Of a stretch of 64,000 nt of DNA, positions 24,301 through 34,693 are shown in pieces. How positions within the stretch are numbered: position 1 is the stretch's first letter; each line of letters begins with the position of its first letter. The stretch covers positions 16,740,001 through 16,804,000 of the forward strand of contig NC_045138.2 in assembly GCF_008831285.2 (NCBI RefSeq), written 5' to 3'. The notes below the pieces were generated by a model. That model did not search any database. It worked only from the letters and a program-made list of their open reading frames with translations, and was not told the DNA's origin. The position numbers and the translations under genes were made by a program. Source of the stretch: Nymphaea colorata. Lineage: Eukaryota.

Positions 24301-27300
24301 CTGACAGAACTCAGACTGGACTTATCTAAGAGCCCGTCTGCAACAAGACTTCGAACAAAAGATTGACTACAATGAGCTAACCGACCATGCCAAATGGATG
24401 GTTTATTATACTCTGTGACATTGACTTCACTATGACTTGGAAAACATGAATCGGAAGGGTGAGATTTTGACATCTGTGGAGCTCCTTCAAGGACATACAT
24501 ATCTCCTTTGCGAGTGCCCTCAGCGAATGTCTTCTTGGTTCGAGCATCCTTGACATAAACAGAAGAGGGTGTGAATTCAACAGAGGATTGAGTATCATCA
24601 ATAAGCTTGGACACTGAAATAATATTTTTCTTGACACTTGGAACAACAAGAACATTCTTTAATGGAATCGAAGAAGAGCCCATAGAAATTTGTACATTTC
24701 CAATGTGTGATATTGTGTGATGGGAACCATCTCCCGTGACAACTGAGCCTTTATCTAAATAAGGGAGAGCACTAGAGAGATTACCTGCGTCACCAGTAAC
24801 ATGGGCTGCTGCTCCAGAGTCCACATACCATTCTCCTTGCTCGTTTTGTTTCAAATGAAGCTTAGACAGGGCTGTCATGAGGAGTTGTTGTACGTCTGCT
24901 GAAACATTAGATCCAGATGATGATGAAGCTGACCCTGCTGCTGCCTTGTTCTCACGTCTAATCTGATTATTTTTGTTCTGCGGGTTGTGCCAACATTCTG
25001 ACTTTACATGCCCCCTCTTGTTGCAATAGAAACAAGTCGGAACCCTTCTAGATGTGGCAGATGTAGTATTCATGCCCTGTGGTGTTGGGAGAATCCCTCT
25101 TCCCATTCCTGCCTGAGGAATCCATGTACGAGTGCGATTCCCTTGCAATGCATGTGTCCCTGTGATCAGTACATTGTGACTGTTGGAAGGAATCAAATTC
25201 TGTCGCTGAACACGACTAGCTTCGTGTTGGAATAACTTAGCCTTGAGATCTTCGAAAGATGGAAGAATAGGTAGGACTTCCAAGGCTGTGCAAAAAAATA
25301 TCAAAATCTGTTCCCAGTCCACTCAAGGCTTGTTGCACTTTGTCCTTGTCGCTGACGGGATGTCCAATGGCAGCAAGTTGATCACTTACACTTTTAATTT
25401 CATTCAAATACTCCAAAACAGTACGTGTCCCACGCTTGATGTCCTGAAATTGCCTTCTTAACTGCAGAAAACGTGCTTCGGATACTTGAGAATACGTGGT
25501 GGCAAGGGTAGACCACAACTCTAGGGCTGTTAAATCATCATCAATACCTCCTAATACTTCCTCTGACAAAGTAGAAGTAATATAGGCAACAAGAGACTGG
25601 TCGTGAGCCAGCCAAGCTTCATACTCAGGATTATTTTCAGTAATGGTTTCATATTCAAATTTGATTTCACTCATAGCCGCAGCCCCAGCAGCTTGATCTC
25701 CCACTACGGTTTTCTTCACTTCACGATCAATATACATAGGAGGTGCTGGAGTGGTCCCATCGATATGCCCGTAGAGTCTATGACTTTTGATAAAAGGGAC
25801 TATTTGACGTTTCCAAGTCAAATAGTTACTATGATTCAGCTTTTGTGAAATAAGTTGGGAGAGAAAACTGGAAGATAGAAGAGAGGGGGTCGGCTGATCC
25901 ATAATTGATTTAGGGCAACGACAAAAATTAGGGCAAAACGATGAGAAGATTAGGGCACAACGATTAGGGCAAATCAATTAGGGCAAATCACGCAAGATTT
26001 AGGGCAGAAACTGAAAAGAGGGATGATCACGGCAGAAAAGAAAGAATTTAGGGCAGATTAGGGGCTAATCACATCAAACTGAAATCACTCACCGGAGGAC
26101 GATGCAACCTGGCTCTGATACCATGTAAGAATCTTCACAAAGTACTCGTCTCTCCGTATGCAAAACAGATATGTTGAGAAGAGAGGATGAAAGAAGACGA
26201 TGGAGGAAAGGGAGCAGCCGGCTTAACACAGCCCTGCGTTCCTTAATCTTTAATAAAAGAATAACCCTAATAGGTTACAACAGATTTGTACATAAAAGGA
26301 TAAAAAATTACAAGAGAGCCACCGCCTAGTAACTTTAGGCGTGTGGATATAAGGAGAATGGATCGGGTCTGAACAGACCCGATCCCCATACGCTAACATT
26401 TTGAACTTTCAGTCATATAGCAGTCACTTCGTATATCTTGTCTTCTCCATTTACATGTTGCATGTGTGGTTGAATTTTCTTTCTTTTATCTGTTGAATGA
26501 ACAAGTGCATATCTCTCTCTCTCTCTCTCTCTCCTTCTTTCTTTCATATCAAATGGGTGGTTTTGTGTTGGGGGATGAGGTAAAAAATTTGCTTTATTAT
26601 ATGTGTGTAATTTCTCCAATTTGTACAGGAAGAAAATGAAGCCACTTCTCCCTGTGCTCGCTTGGTTATACCATTTAAGAAAGATAGCAAGGATGCTTCT
26701 AACAACATGCTTCAAATTCAAGGTAAAGAGAGTATTGTTGTGATTTTTGTTGTGGATTGGTCATTTACTTACAAGTAGCCATCTTCCAAGGACCTCAACA
26801 GAGTCAATTATGTGAAAATTGAAAGCCAACGTTTTGTTAAGACTGATTTTTGGAAATGACTCTAGAAATGGCTTAAAAAAGCTATGTATTGTTGGAAACC
26901 CTCGTCTGACTGCATCCTATACACACACGTGTGTGCACACAAAGAGAGAGAGAGACAACTCATTAGGTCACCAACTATGTCACATGGGTACGCTAGATTT
27001 GCTTTGGGCACGTACATTAGTATGTGGGTTCATCCACGTGGCTATGTGCCATGCCAATTGGTATGTATTGTTGGAAACTCTCGTCTGTCTACATCCTATA
27101 CACACACGTGTGTGCACACAAAGAGAGAGAGAGAGACAACTTATTAGGTCACCAACTATGTCACATGGGTACGCTAGATTTGCTTTGGGTGCATCAGTAT
27201 GTGGGTTCATCCACGTGGCTATGTGCCATGCCAATTGGGTGCAGCTTAGATGGGGTTTGGGTTAGACCCAATCTAAACCGTAAAATGTAAGTTTCTTAAA

Positions 27301-30300
27301 CTTTAAGAAAAGAAAAATCTTTGCCCACCATCTATTCGGAGAACTGAAAGAAACGAAAGCAAGAGAGAGAGAGAGAAGTGAAACTTCCCCTATTTGCGTT
27401 GGCGCTTATACTAATACCCATGTGACAGGTCACCAATGAAAATTGGCACTGGCCAGCGTATGCTTCCTACAAGTCCTGACCTATGGCACAATGAGAGAGA
27501 GAGAGAGGAACCTTGAAATGGGTGTAAGATTTTGAGATATTACGCCAAACCACTGGATGGAATCCTTTGTAGATGCGAGAGAAGAAGAGGAATTGACTGC
27601 ACGTGCAATAGAGAGAGAGAAAAGAGAAGAGGGCAGCAACTGTGGCCCTTCCTCCTTGTCATTAATATAACCTAATGTATGTTACAAGTAAATATAGAAA
27701 ACAAGTATTTACAAGTATGCCACCGCCCATTATGTTTGGGTGTATGGGCAAGATGGATCGGGTCTAGGCAGACCTGATCCAATTCGTACAATCTTAACAG
27801 CCCCCCTCAAGTTGTGGATGAGGTTTGATCATGCACAACTTGTTCTTCAATTCCTATAAATGGTGCCCTGTGAGTCCCTTGGTAAAAAGATTAGTTACTT
27901 GTTAAGACGTGACTATATAAGTAGGAACAATCTCAGTTTCCTCGACCTTTTGACGAATGAAGTGTTGATCAATCTCTATATGTTTAGTGCGATTATGTAG
28001 AACAGGATTGAAAGCAATCTTGACCGCACTTTGGTTGTCACAGAATAAAGATGACTGAGCAATGAGAAGGGAAAGTTCCCCAAGCAGATGACGTAACCAT
28101 GAGGCTTCAACTGTGCCTACAACCATTGCCCTATATTCTGCCTCAGTGCTGGATCTGGCAACTGCACGCTGTTTCCTGTTATTCCAACAAATAAGATTGG
28201 AATCAAGGAAGAGACAATAACCTGAAATTGATCGTCTATCGTTTGGATGACCTGCCCAATCTGCATCAGTGTAGGTGGAAATGTTATGTCCATTCAAAAT
28301 AATTGACTGTCTTGTGTAAACGAGTCCATCCCCAAGAGTAGCCTTAAGGTAACGAAAAATGTGTTTGGTAGCATCTATATGCCCTTCTGTGGGTGCATGC
28401 ATAAACTGAGATACTTGATTCATTGCATACACTATGTCTGGACGTGTAAAGGTGAGATATTGTAGCATGCCAGCTATACTCTGATAGAAACTAGGATTTG
28501 AGTATGCATCGCTCCCATCAGAGGCATTCAATTTTGTGTTGAGAACACTATGAGTATTTATGGGCTTGCAATTTGTTATACCTGCTCTATCCATAATATC
28601 AAGAGTATATTTATGCTGCGTAAGAGTTAATGTGTCACCGTTTCTATCAAGCTCAACACCTAAGAATACCGTAGTTCGCCGAGATCCTTCATCTTGAATT
28701 CTTGTTTCAATACCTCCTTAACATGAGATATATGACATGGGGGTTGTTCCATGTATACCTCTTCAATTAGAAAGCCATGAAAGAAAACATTTTTAACATC
28801 CTACTGATATAAAGTCCATTCATGTGAGATTGCAAGAGAGATGATAACACGGATCGTTCTCATCTTGATGATTGGACTCAAAGTTTCATCGTAATCTTCT
28901 CCATACTGTTGAGTGAAGCCTCTAGTCACAAGACGAGCCCTATATCTGTCAATGCTGCCATCGGGTTTGTACTTGAGTTTGGAAACCCATTTTGAGCCCG
29001 TTACATTCTTACCATTTGGACGAGGAACAATCTCCCAAGCTTGACATTCATTCAAGGCAGCCATTTCTTCGTTCATGGCCTCCACCCAATATTTGCTTTT
29101 GCATGCATGCTCATAGCATTTTGGCTTCACCTTTTTGCTCAATTCTGTCATTAAAAGTTGAAAAATCCAAAGAGAAATTATCATAACTTACCCATCTATC
29201 AATAGGGTGTCGCACACATTCCGATCTACGTGGACAAGCAATGACAGTTTCTGGAGTAGTTGTTGGAACTGATCGTCGAGTATACACTACTCCTGAAAAT
29301 CGAGTAGGTGAAGACATGTTGTTGGTCTGAGTAGATGAAGGTGTGCTGTCCAACTGAGTATCTGTGGCTATCTCAAACTCATCAATAATTCTGTCACTTT
29401 GTGCATGGAATGTATCAGCCCCTTGGCCTAATATTTCAGCATTCAGCCATGAATCATATACATCATGTCTTACATTAAGTGTTTCCTGTGGCTCCTTTAA
29501 ATCCTTCAACATGAGCTCATCAAAAACAACATGTCGTGAAATATACACGTTCCCAGTCTTTGGATTGTAACATCTATAGCCCTTATAATTTTTTGCATAA
29601 CCCATAAATTTGCACATAACAACTCGATCTTGAAACTTATTTCTCAAGGAAACATCAACATGTACATAAGACACACCAAAAAACACGTAGTTCATTATAA
29701 TTTGGTTGTTCTTGGTGTAAAATAAAGAAAGGGGATTTTCCTTCAAGTAGAGATAATGACAGTCGATTAATGACATGAACAGCAGTATGAAAAGCTTCAG
29801 TCGACAAATTCATGGGCAGATTTGTGTCATGCATCATACTTAGTGCACTTTCAACTATGTGTCTATGCTTTCTTTCAGCAATGTCATTCTGTTGTGGTGT
29901 ATGTGGACAGAAAATTTGTCTAGTGATCCCATGATTTAGTAAAATACTCAGTAAAATCATTTGAAATAAACTCACCACCACCATCACATTGGAAATGCAC
30001 GATATTGTAAGAGTATTTGTTTTGGACCAAGACATGGAATTGAGTGAACAAGCAGAAAACCTCTTATTTTCTTTTCATGAAATGAATCCAAGTGTAACAA
30101 GAATAAGAATCAATAAAAACAACATAATATCTATTCTCGGAAGAAGAAGAAATAGGAGCAGACCCCCAAACAACAGAATATATGGAATCAAATAATTTTG
30201 AAGGTCGCTTATTTATTGATTGAAAAGGGAGACCATGGCTCTTACAAATATGACAGCTTGAGCACATGCTAGACTCATTTACTGGACTTAGACTAGGCTT

Positions 30301-33300
30301 TTGCAACAAGACTTTGAATGAAAGACCGACTACAATGTGCTAAATGACCATGCCAAATGAATGGCTTATCATACTTTGCTTTGACTTCACTATGACTGGA
30401 AAAAGATGAATATGAAAGACAAGACTTGGACACCTTTGGAGCTTCTTCAATGACGTACATGTCTCCTTTACGAACATCCTCAACGAATGTCTTCTGGGTT
30501 CGAGCATCCTTATAAACAGAAGCAGGAGTAAACTCAACAGAGGAATGAGTATCATCAATAAGCTTTGACACAGAAATGATATTTTTCTTGACGTTTGGAA
30601 CAACATAAACATTCTTTAAAGGTATGGAGGAATAAGCCATGGATATGTGTGTATTTTCAATATGTGATATTTTGTGATGGGAACCATCTCCTGTGACAAC
30701 TGAGCCTTTAGCTAAATAAGGGAGAGCACTAGAAAGCTTACCTGCGTCACCGGTCACATGGGCTGTAGCACCAAAATCCACATACCATTCCTTCTTCATT
30801 TTGCTTAATATTGACTTTAGACAAGGTTGTCATTAAAATCTATTGCACATCAGTAGGAATGATTGATGTTGCAATCGTGTTCGATACAACTGACCATGCT
30901 GCCTTATTGTCATGCCTGACTTGTTTTCCTTTGTTTTGAGGGTTATGCCAACATTCTGACTTCACATGACCTCTCTTATTGCAATAAAAGCAAGTAGGTA
31001 TCCTTCTTGGTATATTTGCCTGAGCATTTGTATTTGGCGTTGGAAGAATACTTCTCCCCATGTCTGCTTGTGAGTTCCAAACCCTAGGATGGCTTCCTTG
31101 CAAAGCATAGGTCCCAATGACTAACACATTGTGACTGCCAGAATATATGACTTGCTTCATGTTGAATCAATTTTGCTTTCAGGTCTTCAAAAGAGGGAAG
31201 AACATGTAATACCTCTAAAGCAGTGCAGAAAACATTAAAATATGACCCCAAACCACTCAAAGCCTATTTTTGATTTCATGTATGTATTCCAAAACTAAAC
31301 GTGTTCCTCGCTTGATATCCTGAAATTGCCTTTTGAGTTGTAGAAATCTTGCTTCTGATACTTGAGAATAAGTGGTAGTGAGTACATTCCACAACTCCAA
31401 TACTGAAAGATCATCATCAACGCCCACCAGAATTTGTTCTGACAATGTGGAGGTGATATATGCAACAAGGGATTGATCATGTGCCATCCACGTTTCATAT
31501 TCAGGATTAATTTCAGCAACGGTTTCTTGAATTTTCCCTGCAACATTCTTCACCTCTTGCATGATCCAATCGGGTGGCGCAGGTGTGGTGCCATTGAGAT
31601 GCCCATATAGACAGTGACTCTTGATGAAAGGGACTATTTGACGTTTTCAAGTCAAATCGTTGGTGTGATTCAGCTTTTGGGAGATGAATTGAGAGAGAAA
31701 ATTGGATGACAATATGGAAGAATTGCGGTTGTGATGGTCCATGGTTGATTTTGAGGCTAAACGTATAAGGATGAAGGTTTACGGTAGGTACGAGGGTAGA
31801 CGATAGCAACCAGAAAAACATGGAATTTTAGATTAGGGCAGACGTCAAAAACAAGGGCAGAGATCACGGATTTGAGGGTTAGGTCAAAGATTTTAGGGTT
31901 AGGGTAGAAAAACAGTAATTAGGGTAGGGCAGAGATCAAGGATTTTAGGGTTAGGGCAGAAAAACAGAAATTAGGGCAGAGATTTTAGGGTTAGGGCAGA
32001 AAACAGAAATTAGGGCAGAGAATGAGACTTCTTACCGGACAATCTCAGTGGCAACAACCTTGCTCTGATACCATGTAAGATTTTGAGATATTACGCCAAA
32101 CCACTGGATGGAATCCTTCGTAGACGCGAGAGAAGAAGAGGAGGTGACTGCACGTGCAATAGAGAGAGAGAAAAGAAAAGAGGGCAGCAACCGTGGCCCT
32201 TCCTCCTTGTCATTAATATAACCTAATGTATGTTACAAGTAAATGCAGAAACAACAAGTATTTACAAGTATGCCACCACCCATTATGTTTGGGTGTATGG
32301 GCAAGAAGGATCGGGTCTAGGCAGACCTGATCCAATTCGTACAATCTTAACAATGGGAGGAAGAGGAACCTCGATTGCCATGGCGGTCTTGGAATGAGAG
32401 AGATCAGGGTTTGAGAGCCTTGAAGGTTCTCAAAATCCAGATTTAAGACCTTTGGATCTGAGATCCAAGCCCAGGGTTATCAAACATGGCAGAAGAGTGA
32501 GGTCATGACATAATGAGGAGTTCGTTAGGGTACTTTTAGACTAAGTCACCATGGTGTGGCAAAAATGGACCCGCACCCGCGTCGACGCGATGTGGGTGCG
32601 GGTGCGATCGAGATTCGCACCCAAACCGCACCTGCTCAAGTGGTCGCACCCAAACCGCACTGGTAAGGATACAGGGCAGTAGGGAGAGAGAGAGTGTGGG
32701 GGAAAGGGCGGTAGGGAGAGGAGAGGGAGTGCGGGAGAGAGAGAGTGTGGGGGAAAGGGCGGTAGGGAGAGGAGAGGGAGTGCGGGAGAGAGAGAGCGTG
32801 GGGGAAAGGGCAGTAGGGAGAGGAGAGGGAGTGCGGGAGAGAGAGAGTGTGGGGGAAAGGGCGGTAGGGAGAGGAAAGGGAGTGCGGGAGAGAGGGCATG
32901 AGAGCTTGCCTGCGGGAGTGAAAGAGTGGATAGAAATGGGAAACAGACAGAGAGTTCAAGACAGGAAGAGGGATGACTCGAAAGCTCGGGACAGAGGGAG
33001 AGGGACGACACGCTTTGGGGGAACAAGGAGAGCAAGGGTGAGGGGGACTGAAGGCGAGACAAAGAGAAGGCGAGCGAGGAGCGTGGGAGGAAGAGAGTGC
33101 AGACAGAGAAGGCTCGGGCGAGACAGGGTGAGAAGGAAGGGGGAAACAAATGGGAGAGAAAAAAAAACCCTAGTTAGCCTAATCGCCGCTGCACTGCCAC
33201 TGCCGCTGCTGCTCCTTCCTCCACCTTTCTTCTTCTCTGCATCGAATGCTCACCTGCATAATGAAAGGGCAACGAAAAGGGAGACAAAGAGGAAGAGGAA

Positions 33301-34693
33301 TGAGAGGGCAACGAAAAGGGAAAAGGGAGACAAAGAGGAAGAGGAATGAGAGGCCAACGAAAAGGGAAAAGGGAGACAAAGAGGAAGAGGAATGAGAGGC
33401 CAACGAAAAGGGAAAAGGGAGACAAAGAGGAAGAGGAGAAGGGGAACCCATGTCGGGTCCTGGCCCCCTATCGGATATTACTTGTCCTTGCCCGATCCGG
33501 ATCAGATATTGAGTCAAATATAAACTCCCTTGGATCAAATGTTACTTATTAAAGCAGATATCTAAGATTGGATATTTGTCTGAATCTCAAATGATATTAA
33601 TATATATTAAATATAATGTTTATAATTTTTGTCATGTATATTTATATATATTATAATAATAAATTAATAATAATAATAAATACCGTCGCCGCACCGCCGC
33701 ACCTAAATCTTTTGAGATGTGCCGCACCAGCACTCGCACCCGCACCTCGCACCTAGGTGACATAGCTTTTAGATTGTCATCGGAAATCCAATAGTGTAAG
33801 GTCATTTTTTTTCACTCTAAGTTTTAATCACTTATTTGATTTGGCATAAGTTTCCTTCAGGCCAGATTGCTAAGGGTTTGTTTAAGTTGATGCTTTTTGA
33901 CTTTTATGTTTAGTTTATGGAAAAATTTGTTATTTATTCGATAGATCACTATGAACATTGTCTACGGTTGGTGTGATGATTTTTTCTTTTGGTTGCAGGT
34001 GTTGACGGGCTAGAGGAAGATGAAAAAAAGAAACAGCCTTGCACGATGAACATGACTGTTTCTTTGAGCCCTTCAGCTAAAATTGGGCCCCTCCATCAAA
34101 TGCTCCAGGATAATCTTCGGAAGGTGGAGCCATTAGAGCAAGCAAGCTACACTAAAGAAAATGTTGAAGAAAAACTTCTAGGAAAAGAAGGTGCACAAGC
34201 GAGATTCAAGGATGGTAAAATTGGTCATGATGTGGCTATCCCAACAGCTGGCCAGAAGATGGAGATAATTGACCATGATAAATTAATTCTACCAAAGAAA
34301 CGAGTGAGAAATGGTATTTCAGAAATACCACAAGATCATACAACTAGTAAATCTAGTGTCATTGTTGGTCATCCTATTTTTCATGAAGAAAGAAGAGAAG
34401 CCAATGATGTTCCAGAAAAGGGTTCCTGTACAAAAGACAATTCTGATTTTAAAGATCTCTCAAGTAGATCTACAATATGGAGGACAGAAGAACTCAATCT
34501 TACAATATATCCTGACACTGTGGAGTCATCTATGTTGGCTTTAGAGGAGCTCATCAACAAAATAAAATGGGTAAACCAAGTTTTGCAGTTTGGGGTGGAG
34601 AAAGCAAGCTCAAAGAAAGCATCTTGGCAATTTTTGGATAGCATTGATCTTTCTTGCTGGAATGATGCTTCCAGTAGGCAAGTACTTATATAA
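15340..34693 (+). CDS. Plant Tudor/Agenet-domain protein, 6 coding exons, ~442 aa; introns 4 and 5 each contain a copia element
   Basis: Exons 15340-15435, 15634-15703, 15947-16203, 17860-17976, 26629-26722 and 33999-34693 (1329 nt, phases consistent, GT-AG). Motifs: LPFEIGQLAESKSFMKGYRGAWFRC, EYFDFPDE, LMIRPCFP, WKVGDHVDWWYEGCYWTARIT, KDLRPSLDWSPDDGWT, CARL, and C-terminal DTVESSMLALEELINKIKW. Confidence 0.85.
17259..17337. repeat. 39-bp tandem duplication
   Basis: CCCTCTAAGATGGACCGTTCATAAATTGTAGCTTTCCC occurs twice, head to tail. Confidence 0.9.
18435..18731. mobile_element. hAT-like MITE (same TIR family)
   Basis: 8-bp TSD CTCAAAAT at 18427-18434 and 18732-18739. Ends GTATGTCGCA... and ...TGTGTCTTAG, with GGGTACG/CGTACC subterminal motifs. 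Confidence 0.7.
18552..19183. repeat. 211-bp tandem triplication
   Basis: Three near-identical units. The ORF-track entries at 18747 and 18958 are offset by exactly 211 nt with almost identical translations. Confidence 0.95.
21322..21596 (-). repeat. 3' LTR of young copia element
   Basis: Direct repeat of 26124-26398, adjacent to the PPT. Confidence 0.97.
21591..25902 (-). CDS. Copia Gag-Pol polyprotein with a single frameshift at 25292-25298
   Basis: ATG at 25902 (MDQPTP...KLNHSNYLTWKRQ). Zinc knuckle CFYCNKRGHVKSEC, protease WYVDSGAAAHVT, GAG-pre-integrase WHGRLAH...CSSC, integrase DVWGP/QNGIAERKHRH, RT LYGLKQA/YVDD, RNase H TDADWAG/RTKHIEID. The stop codon lies inside the 3' LTR. Confidence 0.93.
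26124..26398 (-). repeat. 5' LTR of young copia element
   Basis: Direct repeat of 21322-21596, adjacent to the PBS. Confidence 0.97.
26882..27241. repeat. ~178-bp tandem duplication
   Basis: TATGTATTGTTGGAAAC...CACACACGTGTGTGCACACAAAGAGAGAG...CCACGTGGCTATGTGCCATGCCAATTGG occurs twice. Confidence 0.92.
27523..32352 (-). mobile_element. Complete-ended but decayed Ty1/copia LTR retrotransposon (4830 bp), related to the element at 21322
   Basis: LTRs at 32074-32352 and 27523-27799, with about 10 substitutions plus a 2-bp indel by eye. TSD ATGGG. PBS TGGTATCAGAGC at 32062-32073. PPT at ~27800-27812. Gag-pol fragments are collinear with the young element. Confidence 0.96.
27794..31742 (-). pseudogene. 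Disrupted copia gag-pol
   Basis: Split over many ORFs (31257-31562, 30840-31160, 30293-30799, 30064-30309, 29655-30035, 29111-29776, 28801-29184, 27902-28594) by stops and frameshifts. The RT segment containing LYGLKQ/YVDD is deleted near 28735. Confidence 0.92.
32675..32895. repeat. G-rich 51-bp minisatellite (~4 copies)
   Basis: Unit GTGGGGGAAAGGGCGGTAGGGAGAGGAGAGGGAGTGCGGGAGAGAGAGAGT, which explains the 17-aa periodicity of the ORF-track entries here. Confidence 0.93.
33266..33437. repeat. Purine-rich ~46-bp tandem repeat (~3.5 copies)
   Basis: CAACGAAAAGGGAAAAGGGAGACAAAGAGGAAGAGGAATGAGAGG(G/C) repeated. Confidence 0.9.

Larger units (their letters stand above)
21322..26398 (-). mobile_element. 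Full-length Ty1/copia LTR retrotransposon (Ale/Retrofit-like, 5077 bp), very recent insertion
   Basis: 275-bp LTRs at 26124-26398 (5') and 21322-21596 (3'), TG...CA ends, identical by eye. 5-bp TSD TTTTG. PBS TGGTATCAGAGCC (tRNA-iMet) at 26111-26123. PPT at ~21597-21610. Domain order gag-PR-INT-RT-RH. Confidence 0.97.
32541..33765. mobile_element. hAT-like non-autonomous DNA transposon (1225 bp)
   Basis: Perfect 8-bp TSD CTTTTAGA (32533-32540 and 33766-33773). TIR CTAAGTCACC / GGTGACATAG (1 mismatch). CGCACC/GGTGCG subterminal repeats at both ends. Confidence 0.9.

Noticed and set aside
25292..25298. Programmed gag-pol ribosomal frameshift
   Set aside because: The shift lies in the middle of gag, upstream of the zinc knuckle; plant copia elements normally have one ORF, and the sister element is in frame here.
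21609..25848. Plus-strand ORFs antisense to gag-pol
   Set aside because: Shadow frames of the polyprotein with no independent coding signal.
32541..33552. Long ORFs of 202, 217 and 119 aa on both strands
   Set aside because: Artefacts of stop-free 51-bp and 46-bp tandem repeats inside a transposon.
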